This document shows positions 8,876-20,034 of a stretch of DNA of 57,738 nucleotides, piece by piece; within the stretch, counting starts at the first letter, position 1; each line of letters starts with the position of its first letter. The stretch covers positions 1 through 57,738 of the forward strand of contig JANOKZ010000090.1 in NCBI GenBank assembly GCA_031419515.1, read 5' to 3'. The position numbers and the translations under genes were made by a program. This DNA comes from Hyphomicrobium sp. GTDB lineage: Bacteria; Pseudomonadota; Alphaproteobacteria; Rhizobiales; Hyphomicrobiaceae. The notes under the pieces are model-generated. The model was not told where the DNA came from. It saw only the letters and a list, made by a program, of their open reading frames with translations, and made no database searches.

Positions 8876-10330
8876 TCACTCCGCAGCTAACGACTTCGCC
8901 TCTCCAAGCCACGTTGCGAGATCGGCGAGTGCGCGGCGCGACATGACCTGCTTTTTGGCGCGTCCCTTTTCTGGGCCTTTGAGTTTTTTGCCGTCGGCGT
9001 CGTGGGTCGGAGCGGCAGGAAGATCCGGCAGCAAGCCGTAGTTGATGTTCATGGGTTGGAAGGAGCGGGGCACATTCACCGCGCCTTCCGGCCGGCTCCC
9101 ATCCAGGGAGTCGGAAGGCGCAACTAAGATGTGCCCGCCGGTGATGTGATTGATGAGCGCGCCGAGTGCGGTGGTCGGCGGGGGCAGTGTGAGCGGGTGC
9201 CCAAGCGCTTCGGCGGCGGCGAATCGTCCGGCGAGAAGCCCGATGGCCGCGCTTTCGACGTAGCCTTCGACGCCGGTGATTTGGCCTGCGAAACGCAGGC
9301 GCGGCAACGTTTTAAGGCGTAGCGTCGTGTCGAGAAGCTTGGGCGAATTGAGATAGGTGTTGCGATGCAAGCCGCCGAGGCGCGCGAACTCGGCGTTCTC
9401 GAGACCCGGGATCAAGCGGAAGATGCGCACCTGTTCGGCGTGTTTTAATTTGGTCTGGAAGCCGACCATGTTCCAGAGCGTGCCGAGCGCGTTGTCCTGG
9501 CGCAGCTGCACGACGGCATAAGGCCAGCGGCCGGTGCGGGGATCATCCAGGCCGACGGGTTTCATGGGACCAAAGCGCAAGGTTTCCCGGCCGCGTTCGG
9601 CCATGACTTCAACGGGCAAGCAGCCGTCGAAATAGGGCGTATTAGATTCCCATTCCTTGAAGACGGTTTTGTCGCCGGCCAGCAGCGCATCGACGAAGGC
9701 TTCGTACTCGGGTTTGTTCATCGGGCAGTTGAGATAATCGGTACCTGTCCCGGCGGGGCCCATCTTGCCGTAGCGCGACATGAACCAAGCGATGTCGGTG
9801 TTGATAGAGTCGCGGTGGATGACGGGCGCGATGGCGTCGAAGAAGGCGAGCGAGCCTTCGCCGGTGAGCGTGGCGACGGCTTCCGACAGTGCGGGCGACG
9901 TCAGCGGGCCGGTGGCGATGATGGTGCTTGACCAATCGGGAGGCGGGAGACCGGCGACTTCGCTGCGCACTATTGTAATGAGAGGATTGGCTTCGAGACG
10001 TTGCGTGACTTCAGTGGCGAAGGCGTCGCGATCAACTGCGAGGGCGCCGCCGGCCGGCAGTTTGTGTTTGTCGCCAGCGCTCATGATGAGCGAGCCGCAA
10101 CGGCGCATTTCTTCGTGCAGCAGGCCGACGGCGTTATTCTCCCAATCGTCCGAGCGGAAGGAATTCGAACAGACGAGCTCGGCGCAGCTCGATGTCTTGT
10201 GCGCATCCGTCATGCGGGTGGGGCGCATTTCGTGGAGCACGACGGGAACGCCGCGAGCTGCGATCTGATGCGCGGCTTCGGAACCAGCAAGGCCAGCGCC
10301 GATGACGTGGATGGGATTGATTTTGGTCAT
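8876..10330 (-). CDS. trmFO: Folate/FAD-dependent tRNA (uracil-54) methyltransferase TrmFO
   Basis: [64 protein letters not shown]; true start ATG 10330. Confidence 0.96.
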   Translation of the reverse strand: MTKINPIHVIGAGLAGSEAAHQIAARGVPVVLHEMRPTRMTDAHKTSSCAELVCSNSFRSDDWENNAVGLLHEEMRRCGSLIMSAGDKHKLPAGGALAVDRDAFATEVTQRLEANPLITIVRSEVAGLPPPDWSSTIIATGPLTSPALSEAVATLTGEGSLAFFDAIAPVIHRDSINTDIAWFMSRYGKMGPAGTGTDYLNCPMNKPEYEAFVDALLAGDKTVFKEWESNTPYFDGCLPVEVMAERGRETLRFGPMKPVGLDDPRTGRWPYAVVQLRQDNALGTLWNMVGFQTKLKHAEQVRIFRLIPGLENAEFARLGGLHRNTYLNSPKLLDTTLRLKTLPRLRFAGQITGVEGYVESAAIGLLAGRFAAAEALGHPLTLPPPTTALGALINHITGGHILVAPSDSLDGSRPEGAVNVPRSFQPMNINYGLLPDLPAAPTHDADGKKLKGPEKGRAKKQVMSRRALADLATWLGEAKSLAAE

Positions 10331-10377
10331 GCGGGCGTTGTATCGCGTTGCGCGCGTCAAGAGCAACCCGCATTGAT

Positions 10378-11757
10378 TTAATGCCCGCCGCCTGCGAGGC
10401 CGCCGGTTGCAAAATCGAAGATCAGCTTGAGATTGAGGGCAATGATCAAGCCTGCGATCAGAACCGCGAAGGCTGTCAGCCAGCGCGGCGCGACGAGATC
10501 GCCGAGCTTCGAGCGCTGGGCTGTAAAGAGCACAAGCGGAACGACCGCGAACGGCAATTGCAGGCTCAGGATCACCTGGCTGAAGATGAGCAGTTTTCCG
10601 GTTTCTTGTTCGCCGGCCCAGATGGTGACGGCGGCGGCCGGAATAATCGCAATCATGCGCGTGACCAGCCGGCGCAGCCATGGGGGGAGGCGGATGTTGA
10701 TGAAGCCTTCCATGACGGCTTGGCCTGCGAGCGTCGCCGTCACTGTCGAATTCAATCCGCAGGCGAGAAGCGCGATGCCGAACAAGGTCGGCGCGATGGC
10801 GGAGCCAAGGAGCGGCGCCAGGAGATCGTTGGCGCGCGTTAAATCTGCGACATCGGAGTAGCCGGTGCGGTGAAAGGCGGCGGCGGCAAGAATGAGGATC
10901 GAGGCGTTGATCAGGAGCGCCAGCATAAGGGCGACGGTCGAGTCGATGGTCGCGAACTTCAGGGCCTCGCGTTTGGCCGTCTTCGTCACGCCGAAGTCGC
11001 GCGTGCCAACGATGGCCGAATGCAAATAGAGATTATGCGGCATGACCGTTGCGCCGATGATGCCAAGCGCAAGGTAGAGCATTTGCGGGTTGGTGACGAT
11101 GTCGGTCGTTGGCACGAAGCCGGCAAAGACCGCGTTCCATTCGGGATCGGCGAGTGCTATCTGGATCGCAAAGCAGACGGCGATGACGGCAAGGCCTGCA
11201 ATGATGAAAGCTTCAAGGTAGCGGAAGCCCAAGCGCTGCATGTAGAGGATGATGAACACGTCAAGCGCGGTGATAATAACGCCAAGTGCCATGGGAATGC
11301 CGAACAGCAGCTTCAAGCCGATGGCGGTGCCGATGACCTCCGCAACATCGGTTGCGACAATGGCAAGTTCGGCAAGCACCCAGAGCGGATAGGCGGCCCA
11401 TTTTGGAAATCCATCGCGGCAGGCTTGGGCGAGGTCGCGCCCCGAGCCGATTGCCAAGCGCGCGGCCAGCGATTGAAGGACGATCGCCATGATGTTCGAA
11501 AGCAGTGCGACGGCGAGCAGCGTGTAGCCGAACTGCGCGCCGCCCGCGAGCGACGTTGCCCAGTTTCCCGGATCCATGTAGCCAACAGCGACGAGGTAAC
11601 CCGGCCCCAAGAAACCCATAAGGCGGCGCCACGGCGGTCCCGTACGTTCAACGTGAACTGTCCGGTACATGTCGGTCAGGGGGGCGTCTCCGCGCTCGCG
11701 CAGCCAAGACGTTTTCGGAGCGGTTGCGGTTTCGGGCGCGGTGTCGAGCGGCGACAT
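10378..11757 (-). CDS. mntH: Nramp-family divalent metal (Mn2+) transporter MntH
   Basis: [45 protein letters not shown]. Confidence 0.95.
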   Translation of the reverse strand: MSPLDTAPETATAPKTSWLRERGDAPLTDMYRTVHVERTGPPWRRLMGFLGPGYLVAVGYMDPGNWATSLAGGAQFGYTLLAVALLSNIMAIVLQSLAARLAIGSGRDLAQACRDGFPKWAAYPLWVLAELAIVATDVAEVIGTAIGLKLLFGIPMALGVIITALDVFIILYMQRLGFRYLEAFIIAGLAVIAVCFAIQIALADPEWNAVFAGFVPTTDIVTNPQMLYLALGIIGATVMPHNLYLHSAIVGTRDFGVTKTAKREALKFATIDSTVALMLALLINASILILAAAAFHRTGYSDVADLTRANDLLAPLLGSAIAPTLFGIALLACGLNSTVTATLAGQAVMEGFINIRLPPWLRRLVTRMIAIIPAAAVTIWAGEQETGKLLIFSQVILSLQLPFAVVPLVLFTAQRSKLGDLVAPRWLTAFAVLIAGLIIALNLKLIFDFATGGLAGGGH

Positions 11758-11809
11758 TCAATCTCCAGCTTGCGGCAAAGGGGCGGCGTGGCGTCGTTTG
11801 GGCTTATTT

Positions 11810-11828
11810 GCAAATGACAATCATTCTT
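11810..11828. promoter_or_regulatory. Fur/Mur-family operator upstream of mntH
   Basis: GCAAATGACAATCATTCTT matches 14/19 of the Fur box GATAATGATAATCATTATC, about 50 bp upstream of the mntH start. Confidence 0.6.
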
Positions 11829-12055
11829 AACTGTAAAGCAATCGACGATTCTGCGCCAGAGAAAGTTGTTGTAGCTCGCGACGGCGCGGAAGTGTCTGTA
11901 AAACATCGGGGAAAACCGGTGGGCAATGCGGGGATGGCTGTTGTCGTTCTGCCTTAGTCAAGGCTTAGGCCGTGTCTATCGTCGGGACTATTGGCGGGCG
12001 TTTGCTCATCCTCTTTGCGTGTGGACGGCCGGTTCGAAGACGGGATGCAAGATCG

Positions 12056-13144
12056 ATGTGGAATTACCGGCGGCACGTTGAACGCGATCTCGAACGATGG
12101 ACAAATGCCGGCTGGGTCACGCCTAGCGGTGCCGCGAAAATCCGTGAAGACCTGGCGAAGGCGCCGGGGATTGGGCTCTCTGGTGTGCTCGGCATTCTGG
12201 CAAGCGTGCTGCTGGCGTTTGGTGTCTTTTCGTTTGTTGCCGCACATTGGGATGAGATGCCGCGTCTCTTGCGGCTTGCGCTGCTGATTGGATTGTTGTG
12301 GGCAGGATATGCCGCCGCTGGCGTCATGTACGCGCGGAACATGCGCGCTCTTGGCGATGCGGCGGTTCTGTTTGCGGTTTCGGTTTTCGGGGCCAGCATC
12401 ATGCTCATCAGCCAAATGTTTCATATCGACGGCAATCCGCCGGATGGTGTTTATGTGTGGTGGATCGGTGCGCTCGTCGCGGGCGCGCTGCTGAGGTCCA
12501 ATCCTGCTTTGGCGCTCGCCATGGTGTTGGTTTGCGTCTGGACGGCGATGGAAATGGGACAACGCCAAAGCGTTTATTGGCCGTTCCTCATCGGCTGGGC
12601 GGCGGTTTCGGCGGCATATCTGTGGCAGCGCTGGCGCCCGGGGGCACACCTTTCTGGGCTTGCGCTTTCGCTGTTTGTCATCAGTCTCGGCTACGCGCTG
12701 AATAAGGGGCATGAGCACCAGCTGGTTGTGGGATTTGGTCTCGCGGCGGCCGTTGCTGCGATTGCGGCAGAGCGGAGCGGCAAAGACTGGACCGGCTTGG
12801 CACCGGTCGCGCTCGGTTATGCGATTGCGACGGCGTTCGCCGGGCTCTTGGCCCTGCAATTCTACGAAAGTCCAAGCCGCGACACGCTCATGATGCTGGC
12901 GGCGGCGACGCTTGCGCTGCTGCTGGCTGCAATCTGGTACGGTCTCCGAACGGGCAATCGCGGATTGTTGTGGCTTGGCTATATAGGTTTTTCGATCGAG
13001 ACGCTCGCGATCTATCTCAATCTCGTGGGCACGATGCTCAGCACGTCGATGTTTTTCGTGACTGCAGGTTTGATCGTCGCAGTGCTGGCTATGATGGCGT
13101 TACGGTTGCACCGAAGCGGGCTGAATGCAGAGGTGACGCCATGA
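12056..13144 (+). CDS. DUF2157-type integral membrane protein
   Basis: RDLERW..GWV, FVAAHWDEMPR, FGASIMLISQMFHI; many TM helices; overlaps the GDYXXLXY gene. Confidence 0.8.
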   Translation: MWNYRRHVERDLERWTNAGWVTPSGAAKIREDLAKAPGIGLSGVLGILASVLLAFGVFSFVAAHWDEMPRLLRLALLIGLLWAGYAAAGVMYARNMRALGDAAVLFAVSVFGASIMLISQMFHIDGNPPDGVYVWWIGALVAGALLRSNPALALAMVLVCVWTAMEMGQRQSVYWPFLIGWAAVSAAYLWQRWRPGAHLSGLALSLFVISLGYALNKGHEHQLVVGFGLAAAVAAIAAERSGKDWTGLAPVALGYAIATAFAGLLALQFYESPSRDTLMMLAAATLALLLAAIWYGLRTGNRGLLWLGYIGFSIETLAIYLNLVGTMLSTSMFFVTAGLIVAVLAMMALRLHRSGLNAEVTP

Positions 13145-13755
13145 GCGTTGGAATGACCATTCCTAGGCGGACGATGTGGGCCCTGCTTGCGCTGGTCGCG
13201 CTTATGCAGTCGGCGGTGCTCGCCCACGTTGTCTATTCGCGCGACCAATTGTTGAAACATGGCCGGGAGATTGTCATGCAGGTCACACCAGTCGATCCGC
13301 GCGATATCTTCCGGGGCGACTACGTGATTTTGGGATTTCCCATGTCGAGGATCGAATACACCGGTGAAAAGTTCGGGGCGCTTTCAGAAGGTCTGGAACC
13401 CGGGGGTGAAATTTACGTGACGATGACGCCCGGCAGCGATAACGGATGGTCTGTTGCGAAGGTGTCGGCGAGCTATCTGCGGGGAAACGGGCCGAAGGAA
13501 AACGGCACGGGAGATGCCGTACTCAAGGGACGTGTCGAAAGGATCGATCGAAATGCGGGACCCGACAAGACTTGGGTCAGCGCGCGGTTCGGCATTGAGA
13601 GCTATTTCGTGCCGGAGGGCACTGGCAAAGTCCTTGAGCAGCAGGTCAGAGATCAAAAGATCCAGGCGATCTTGGCCATTGGACCGGATGGCACGGCTGC
13701 GACCAAGGGATTGATCGTTGGCGGCGAGCGCTACGTTGCCCCACCGTTGTTTTAG
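13141..13755 (+). CDS. GDYXXLXY domain protein
   Basis: PVDPRDIFRGDYVILGF, RFGIESYFVPEG; ATGA overlap with the upstream stop. Confidence 0.88.
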   Translation: MSVGMTIPRRTMWALLALVALMQSAVLAHVVYSRDQLLKHGREIVMQVTPVDPRDIFRGDYVILGFPMSRIEYTGEKFGALSEGLEPGGEIYVTMTPGSDNGWSVAKVSASYLRGNGPKENGTGDAVLKGRVERIDRNAGPDKTWVSARFGIESYFVPEGTGKVLEQQVRDQKIQAILAIGPDGTAATKGLIVGGERYVAPPLF

Positions 13756-13830
13756 GCTTCTTGCCAGCCCTAAGCTTTGCTATGAGGGCGCCGCTAAGTC
13801 TTTCATCGCGTCACTCAGGAGCCCGTCGTC

Positions 13831-14178
13831 ATGTCCATCACGCGTCACGAATCGACAGCCGTTTACTCCAAGGTCACAGAGGCCGGCGGCCTCGTCTTTA
13901 CAGCAGGCGTGATACCTACCGACCTGTCCAAGGATTGCGAGGCGCAGACGGCCGAAGTGCTGGCCGAGATCGACAGATTGCTGAAACTCTGCGGTACCGA
14001 CAAGTCGAAGGTGGTGCAGGCGACGGTTTGGCTCAACGACATTCGTCATCGTGATGCGATGAATAAATCATGGACGGCATGGCTCGGCGGCAAGGACGCC
14101 CCGGCGCGGGCATGTGTTGAAGCCAAATTGATCGACCCGCGCATGCTGGTTGAAATCTCGGTCGTGGCGGCGAAGTAG
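13831..14178 (+). CDS. RidA/YjgF family (YoaB-like) protein
   Basis: QTAEVLAEIDRLL, MNKSW..W, APARACVEAKL..LVEISVVAA. Confidence 0.9.
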   Translation: MSITRHESTAVYSKVTEAGGLVFTAGVIPTDLSKDCEAQTAEVLAEIDRLLKLCGTDKSKVVQATVWLNDIRHRDAMNKSWTAWLGGKDAPARACVEAKLIDPRMLVEISVVAAK

Positions 14179-14411
14179 GCCAATATTGCGCAACATTGGA
14201 CTCGGCGGCTCGCCGCGCAGGCACTGGCGCAGCGGGCCGGCTCGGCAACGGAGCTTCGCCTTGCGCAAGGCAATGTGTGACGCCTTTGCCGCGCCCCAAA
14301 AAATTTCGATTTCCGGCGCGCGAAATCCGGTCGAGTCGCCTTCCTGAAACCGTAAGACTCTGATCTGCAAATTGCCCGGTCATCATTTTCAGCCATTTTA
14401 GGATTGAGCCC

Positions 14412-14810
14412 ATGACTATATCTAAAATACCGATTTCGAAGACGATGATTGCCGTCGGCGCTCTTTGCGCGATATCCGTCGCGGCAAGCCCGGTGGACGC
14501 AGCCAAAAGAAAGCGCGCCGTGCGTGCAGCGCCAGCGTCATCAGTAGCGGCGATTATTGCCAATGCGCCTCATGCCTCGCGCCTCGAAGGCGGCCGGGTC
14601 TGTTACATCGATCACGCACACTATGGCTCGGGAAGCGGAAACAGCCGGCAGGCGGCAGAGCGTTCCGCAATCGGCTCTTGGGCGGGGTTCACGGACTTCG
14701 AATATGGCTCGGCCTGGGCGAACTACTCGAAAGCCGCAGGCAAGAGAATGTCGTGCTCGCAATCAGGCAGCGGCTGGGATTGCTCGCTCGAAGCGCGCCC
14801 CTGCCGCTAA
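14412..14810 (+). CDS. Secreted hypothetical protein with four Cys in the mature part
   Basis: Signal peptide; VCYIDHAHYGSG..FEYGSAW..MSC..WDC..ARPCR; followed by a terminator. Confidence 0.7.
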   Translation: MTISKIPISKTMIAVGALCAISVAASPVDAAKRKRAVRAAPASSVAAIIANAPHASRLEGGRVCYIDHAHYGSGSGNSRQAAERSAIGSWAGFTDFEYGSAWANYSKAAGKRMSCSQSGSGWDCSLEARPCR

Positions 14811-14836
14811 GTGGTCGAGCGTAAGGCCGAGATTGT

Positions 14837-14865
14837 AAGAGCCGGTCAATGTGGCCGGCTCTTTT
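14837..14865. terminator. Intrinsic terminator, probably bidirectional
   Basis: AAGAGCCGGTCA-ATG-TGGCCGGCTCTT then TT, between convergent genes. Confidence 0.75.
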
Positions 14866-14881
14866 GATTGAGCGGCGTAAC

Positions 14882-15748
14882 TTAGCGTCCCGTAAGCATG
14901 CGCCGGACAATGCGCATGACAAATCCCAAGAACCATTTCGACAAGAGCAAATTGACAATCCAGCTCAGAACGCCGCCGTTCTTGAAACCTAAGAGGTTGC
15001 CGAGGATCGAGCGGATGATGTCCTCAAGCGAGCCGCCGCTCGGACCCGGCACTTGCGTTCCGCCACGCCGAATAACGTCCGGCAACTGCGGAAATCGGCT
15101 CGGTGTTTCGTTGTTGATGCCCGGAATATCGTCACCCGGGATTGGAAGGGGGCTGCCGCTGCCGACCGTTGCACCTCCCATGCCGCCACCGGAGCCGCCC
15201 GATGCTTTGGGAAGATCAAGATCAAAATCGCCCGTCGCATTATCCGGGATGTTGAGCGGTGGTTCGCCAGGGAGGGGCAGCGGACGTCTGCCCGATACCG
15301 CAGCAAGTCCGCCAAAGCGCTCTGAGATCTGACCTTGCGCTTTGCTTTGTAAAACGCCGATCAACAGACTCGCCACCACGGGCAGCATTCTTTTTGCAAC
15401 GTCCTCATTGAGCCCTGTCCGCGCTGCGGCGTGCGCGGCGATGCCACGGCTCGCATGCTTGCTGCCATAGAGAACGTCAAGCACGGTATTGCCGGCGTTG
15501 GCAACTTGGGGCGACGCCAGCCCTTGCGGATCGCTAAGGGCGCGGCCAATGTTGGGCTTGCCAAGCAGATCGACGACGTCGGCGACGCCGCCGCGCGAAA
15601 GTGTATTGCGCTCAATCCGGTCAGTGAGCGCTTGAAACATCAATTCAATCGCGGGCGTTGCACGGTCCGGGTCAACGCCGAAAGCTGTTGCGAGGTTCTT
15701 GATGACTGCAGAGCTTGCGGGGTCGTTAAGAATGCGGTCGATCTGCAA
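14882..15748 (-). CDS. DUF937-like hypothetical protein
   Basis: LATAFGVD, GNTVLDVLYGSKHASRGIA..AAARTGL..KRMLPVVASL; Gly/Pro-rich C-half. Confidence 0.75.
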   Translation of the reverse strand: MQIDRILNDPASSAVIKNLATAFGVDPDRATPAIELMFQALTDRIERNTLSRGGVADVVDLLGKPNIGRALSDPQGLASPQVANAGNTVLDVLYGSKHASRGIAAHAAARTGLNEDVAKRMLPVVASLLIGVLQSKAQGQISERFGGLAAVSGRRPLPLPGEPPLNIPDNATGDFDLDLPKASGGSGGGMGGATVGSGSPLPIPGDDIPGINNETPSRFPQLPDVIRRGGTQVPGPSGGSLEDIIRSILGNLLGFKNGGVLSWIVNLLLSKWFLGFVMRIVRRMLTGR

Positions 15749-15986
15749 GACTATCTCCGGCGGCTCAAGTTATGACTCGTGTCTGTATAAGGTAATTTGT
15801 TGCTAAACTCTGCATCGTATTCAGCTCTCGTTCAGAAACACGAGCGACATTATCACTTTAGGTGGTCCCGGGGCATTTGCCCCTGAATCGATGCACCTGT
15901 TGGAGAGCGGCATACCATAGCCATTCGCCGCTCGTCACGCCGCCCCCTTCATGAGTGGAGAGGGGTGGATCTGAGAGGAGACGGCA

Positions 15987-16328
15987 ATGCGTAAAATTCT
16001 TCTTTCCATGTTGGTCCTGGCCGGTCTGGCGTTCGCTTCTGCGGTTCCAGCCTCGGCAAACGCAGCGGGTGCTCTTGTACAAAAACCCGCAGTGTACAAC
16101 GAATCGGGCGTTGTCAAAGTCGGCTGGCGGCATCACCGTCGCCACGGTGGATTTTCCATCGGCTATGGCTGGGGCTATCCGCGTTATTACGGATACCCGC
16201 GCTATAGCTACTACGATGATTACTCCTATTACCGGCCACGCCACTACTATCGGCCTAGCTACTCCTACTACGCGCCCAGGCATCACCGCCGGCACTGGCG
16301 CCACCGTCATCATCGCTACGATTGGTGA
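15987..16328 (+). CDS. Small secreted His/Arg/Tyr-rich low-complexity protein
   Basis: AGGAG RBS, signal peptide MRKILLSMLVLAGLAFASAVPASA, then RHHRRH..YYRPRHYY..HHRRHWRHRHH. Confidence 0.75.
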   Translation: MRKILLSMLVLAGLAFASAVPASANAAGALVQKPAVYNESGVVKVGWRHHRRHGGFSIGYGWGYPRYYGYPRYSYYDDYSYYRPRHYYRPSYSYYAPRHHRRHWRHRHHRYDW

Positions 16329-16407
16329 TGGCGCGGTTTGCGCTTTAAACGACTAGGACGTGGATGAACGGTCAGCTTGTCGCACCTCAGCGGCAGGTTT
16401 GACATGG

Positions 16408-16438
16408 CCCGGTGTGCTCTGAGCGCACCGGGTGTTTT
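16408..16438 (+). terminator. Intrinsic terminator
   Basis: CCCGGTGTGC..GCGCACCGGG stem followed by TGTTTT. Confidence 0.6.
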
Positions 16439-16611
16439 CGTTCTGCACTAAAAGACATCTGTGCCCATGTTGCAACGCGGGGTCAGTTTTGGCATGGTCC
16501 CCCGCGACTCTCGCCTTTTTGAACACAAAACGGCGGGCGGGACGGGGCGGTAGGGGAAGTTAGTCTGCCTGTCTGTATCCGGAAAACAATCGGGCCAAAA
16601 GGGACCTCGTA

Positions 16612-18765
16612 ATGACCAATATTCTTTGGGGGATTATCGCCTGCGGGGCGCTGTCCATCCTCTACGCATATGTAACGTCGAACGCTGTAATGAAGGCTGA
16701 TGCGGGCAATGCCCGAATGCAGGAAATCGCTGGAGCAATCCGCGAAGGCGCGCAGGCTTACCTCAATCGCCAGTACCGCACGATCGCCATGGTCGGCGCG
16801 GTCATCTTTCTGCTCGCCTGGGCACTTCTCGGACCGCTTCAAGCCGTTGGCTTTGCGATCGGCGCGGTTTTGTCTGGTCTCGCCGGGTACATCGGCATGA
16901 ACGTGTCGGTGCGTGCGAACGTGCGGACTGCTCAGGCTGCAACTGTCTCGCTGGCTAAGGGACTCGACATCGCATTCAAGGCAGGCGCCATCACCGGCAT
17001 GCTGGTCGCGGGTCTCGCGCTTCTCGGCGTCGCCGTTTATTACTTTGTTCTAACGGCGGGTCTTGGCCATGAATCGGGCAGCCGCACAGTTGTCGACGCG
17101 CTCGTATCGCTCGGCTTTGGCGCGTCTCTCATCTCGATCTTCGCCCGTCTCGGCGGTGGTATATTCACGAAAGGTGCGGACGTCGGCGCCGATCTCGTTG
17201 GTAAGGTCGAAGCTGGTATTCCGGAAGACGACCCGCGCAACCCGGCAACGATTGCTGACAACGTTGGCGACAACGTCGGCGATTGCGCCGGTATGGCGGC
17301 CGACTTGTTCGAAACCTACGCGGTGACGGTTGTTGCGACCATGGTTTTGGCGGCGATCTTCTTCGCAGGCGCTGCGAACCTCCCAGCTCTCATGGTTTAT
17401 CCGCTGGCGATCTGCGCGGCGTGTATCGTGACGTCGATCATCGGCACGTACTTCGTGAAGCTGGGCTCCAATGGCTCGATCATGGGCGCGCTTTATCGCG
17501 GCGTGATCGCGTCGGCCTTGCTTTCGATTGCCGGCCTCTATGCGGCGACCCAATACGTCATCGGCTTCGGTGAAGTCGGCAAAGTTGGCGACCTCGCGAT
17601 CACCGGTTGGAACCTGTTCCTGTCGGGTCTTGTTGGTCTAGCTCTGACGGGCTTGATCGTTTGGATCACCGAGTATTACACGGGTATCGGCTATCGCCCC
17701 GTGCGTTCGATCAGCCAGGCGTCGGTCACGGGGCATGGCACGAACGTTATTCAGGGTCTCGCTGTTTCGCTCGAAGCCTGTGCTCTGCCGACGCTCGCCA
17801 TCGTTGTGGGCATCTTGATGACCTACAATCTCGCCGGCCTCTTTGGCACTGCGATCGCAACGACCACCATGCTCGGTCTCGCCGGCATGATCGTTGCGCT
17901 CGACGCTTTCGGTCCCGTGACCGACAACGCCGGCGGCATCGCCGAAATGGCGGGCCTGCCCAAGGAAGTGCGCCGTTCGACCGACGCACTCGACGCGGTT
18001 GGCAACACCACGAAAGCTGTGACCAAGGGCTACGCTATCGGCTCGGCTGGTCTCGGCGCTCTCGTGCTGTTTGCAGCCTACAGCTCGGATCTCAATCACT
18101 TCATCACGGAAGCCAACAAGGCAGGTTCGACCACCTTCCAGTACTTCAAGGGCGTGACGGTCGATTTCTCGCTGGCTAACCCCTACGTCGTGGTTGGACT
18201 TCTGCTTGGCGGCTTGATCCCGTTCCTGTTCGGCGGCATGGCGATGACGGCTGTTGGCCGTGCAGCCGGTTCTGTCGTTGAAGAAGTTCGCCGTCAGTTC
18301 AAGACGAAGCCGGGCATCATGAAGGGCACGGAAAAGCCCGACTATGCGCGTGCCGTCGACTTGCTGACGCAGGCCGCCATCAAGGAAATGGTTGTGCCCT
18401 CGTTGCTCCCTGTATTATCGCCTATCGTGCTGTTCTTCGCTATCAGCGCGGTTGCAGGTAAAGGCGCTGCGTTCTCGGCGGTCGGCGCGATGCTGTTGGG
18501 TGTCATCGTCACCGGCATCTTCGTTGCCATCTCGATGACCTCGGGCGGCGGCGCCTGGGACAATGCCAAGAAGAGCTTCGAAGACGGCTTCGTTGATAAA
18601 GACGGCGTCAAGCACATGAAGGGTTCGGAAGCCCATAAGGCGTCCGTCACCGGCGACACCGTCGGCGACCCCTACAAGGATACAGCTGGCCCCGCCGTCA
18701 ACCCGGCGATCAAGATCACCAACATCGTCGCGTTGTTGATGCTGGCCGTTCTCGCGCGCTACTAA
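16612..18765 (+). CDS. hppA: Membrane-bound H+-translocating pyrophosphatase, K+-independent type
   Basis: [48 protein letters not shown]; Lys in [10 protein letters not shown] marks the K+-independent subfamily. Confidence 0.95.
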   Translation: MTNILWGIIACGALSILYAYVTSNAVMKADAGNARMQEIAGAIREGAQAYLNRQYRTIAMVGAVIFLLAWALLGPLQAVGFAIGAVLSGLAGYIGMNVSVRANVRTAQAATVSLAKGLDIAFKAGAITGMLVAGLALLGVAVYYFVLTAGLGHESGSRTVVDALVSLGFGASLISIFARLGGGIFTKGADVGADLVGKVEAGIPEDDPRNPATIADNVGDNVGDCAGMAADLFETYAVTVVATMVLAAIFFAGAANLPALMVYPLAICAACIVTSIIGTYFVKLGSNGSIMGALYRGVIASALLSIAGLYAATQYVIGFGEVGKVGDLAITGWNLFLSGLVGLALTGLIVWITEYYTGIGYRPVRSISQASVTGHGTNVIQGLAVSLEACALPTLAIVVGILMTYNLAGLFGTAIATTTMLGLAGMIVALDAFGPVTDNAGGIAEMAGLPKEVRRSTDALDAVGNTTKAVTKGYAIGSAGLGALVLFAAYSSDLNHFITEANKAGSTTFQYFKGVTVDFSLANPYVVVGLLLGGLIPFLFGGMAMTAVGRAAGSVVEEVRRQFKTKPGIMKGTEKPDYARAVDLLTQAAIKEMVVPSLLPVLSPIVLFFAISAVAGKGAAFSAVGAMLLGVIVTGIFVAISMTSGGGAWDNAKKSFEDGFVDKDGVKHMKGSEAHKASVTGDTVGDPYKDTAGPAVNPAIKITNIVALLMLAVLARY

Positions 18766-18790
18766 GCGCTGCGAACAATCTGAAACTGCG

Positions 18791-18828
18791 AAGGCCCCGG
18801 GGAGAAATCTCCGGGGCCTTTATGTTTT
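18791..18828 (+). terminator. hppA intrinsic terminator
   Basis: AAGGCCCCGG..CCGGGGCCTT stem then TATGTTTT. Confidence 0.85.
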
Positions 18829-19107
18829 GGGGGAACGGCGGCAGGAAATTATGGCCGCTCCGGAGTTGAAACCGGTACTGCCCGCCCGATTGATCCATCC
18901 GGCATTAAAGTCTGGGCAATACGTTTGAATTTCGAATTGACCAGTGCGCCGACGGTCGAATTTGGCCGCTCCGCCACTGCGTTCCACTCGATAAGCTGCA
19001 GTATGGCGTATTCAATATCCGCTAATTCCAGGAAATATATAAAACATAGTGCAATTAATTCACAAATTTTATCTACCGTGATGCAATAGATATTTGGAGT
19101 GCATCGC

Positions 19108-20010
19108 ATGTCCATGTTGACGGATTTCTTAGATTTTAAGTCGCAACGCCATAACGTTGACGGAAATGTGCTCGGCGCCAATGGCTCGCGATTAACAATC
19201 CGGAAAGAAGTACAACGCAGCTCGTTACTAGACGAGTTTTATGTCTCCGCCACGTTGACAGTGGCATTCTCCAGTATTGTCAGCGCAAAGGCGCGCGGCG
19301 TAGTGCTGAAAAATATCAGCCGGCCATTGGCTTATATCCCAGCTAAGCCTTTTATATTCCCTGCGGTTGCTGCTGGCTTAGCACCGGCGTTAGTCCGTTC
19401 AGGCCTAATCAGCGTCTTGCTAGACTATTATGCCCGCTTGGCATTCGCTAGTGCTTTATCGGACTCGCCAGCCTTGGGCTGGTCCAACGGGCAGACCCCG
19501 GAACATGGCGAACTCGTCCAACTCATGGATCTATGGCAGCGCGCCTGCGTGCTCGCTAATGTTGTTACTCATCAGCTGTACGACATTGAGAATATCGACG
19601 ACCCTGTCCGGAATCATAAGCTGATATCAACTCATCAACTGATCAAGGACGCGATAAGCGGTAAGTGTCCGTGCGTGCGCCGCGATGGCACGGTTTACGT
19701 GCCAGGGTTGCTCGATCAGCGCCGTGACGAACGGCACGCACTTGGCTGGACAGTTTGGCTCGACGCTGGCGGCACGCGCGAAAGAGCAACGTTGCAGGAT
19801 ATTTCGTCCGGCGGCATGGGTCTCACTGTCTGCCACGGGCACCCCATCGGAGCCGTTATCGCGGTGCAATTGTCGAATGCCCGCTGCCTCACCGGCATTG
19901 TGGTCTGGTCTCAAAAAGACCGGATCGGAGTTCGCTTGCTGCAGCCACTTTCTCCAACAGATCCACTGCTTTCGGGCGCCACCGAAGACAGGCAGCCTGC
20001 ACTAAACTGA
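19108..20010 (+). CDS. PilZ-domain protein (C-terminal PilZ, uncharacterised N-terminus)
   Basis: QRRDER (RxxxR) and DISSGG (DxSxxG) c-di-GMP motifs; GGAG upstream of ATG 19108. Confidence 0.8.
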   Translation: MSMLTDFLDFKSQRHNVDGNVLGANGSRLTIRKEVQRSSLLDEFYVSATLTVAFSSIVSAKARGVVLKNISRPLAYIPAKPFIFPAVAAGLAPALVRSGLISVLLDYYARLAFASALSDSPALGWSNGQTPEHGELVQLMDLWQRACVLANVVTHQLYDIENIDDPVRNHKLISTHQLIKDAISGKCPCVRRDGTVYVPGLLDQRRDERHALGWTVWLDAGGTRERATLQDISSGGMGLTVCHGHPIGAVIAVQLSNARCLTGIVVWSQKDRIGVRLLQPLSPTDPLLSGATEDRQPALN

Positions 20011-20034
20011 TATTCGGAAGGCGGGAAGGTCACC

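Noticed and set aside
10331-10681. N-terminal extension of trmFO in the ORF track
   Set aside because: Overlaps mntH in another frame; TrmFO homology begins at ATG 10330
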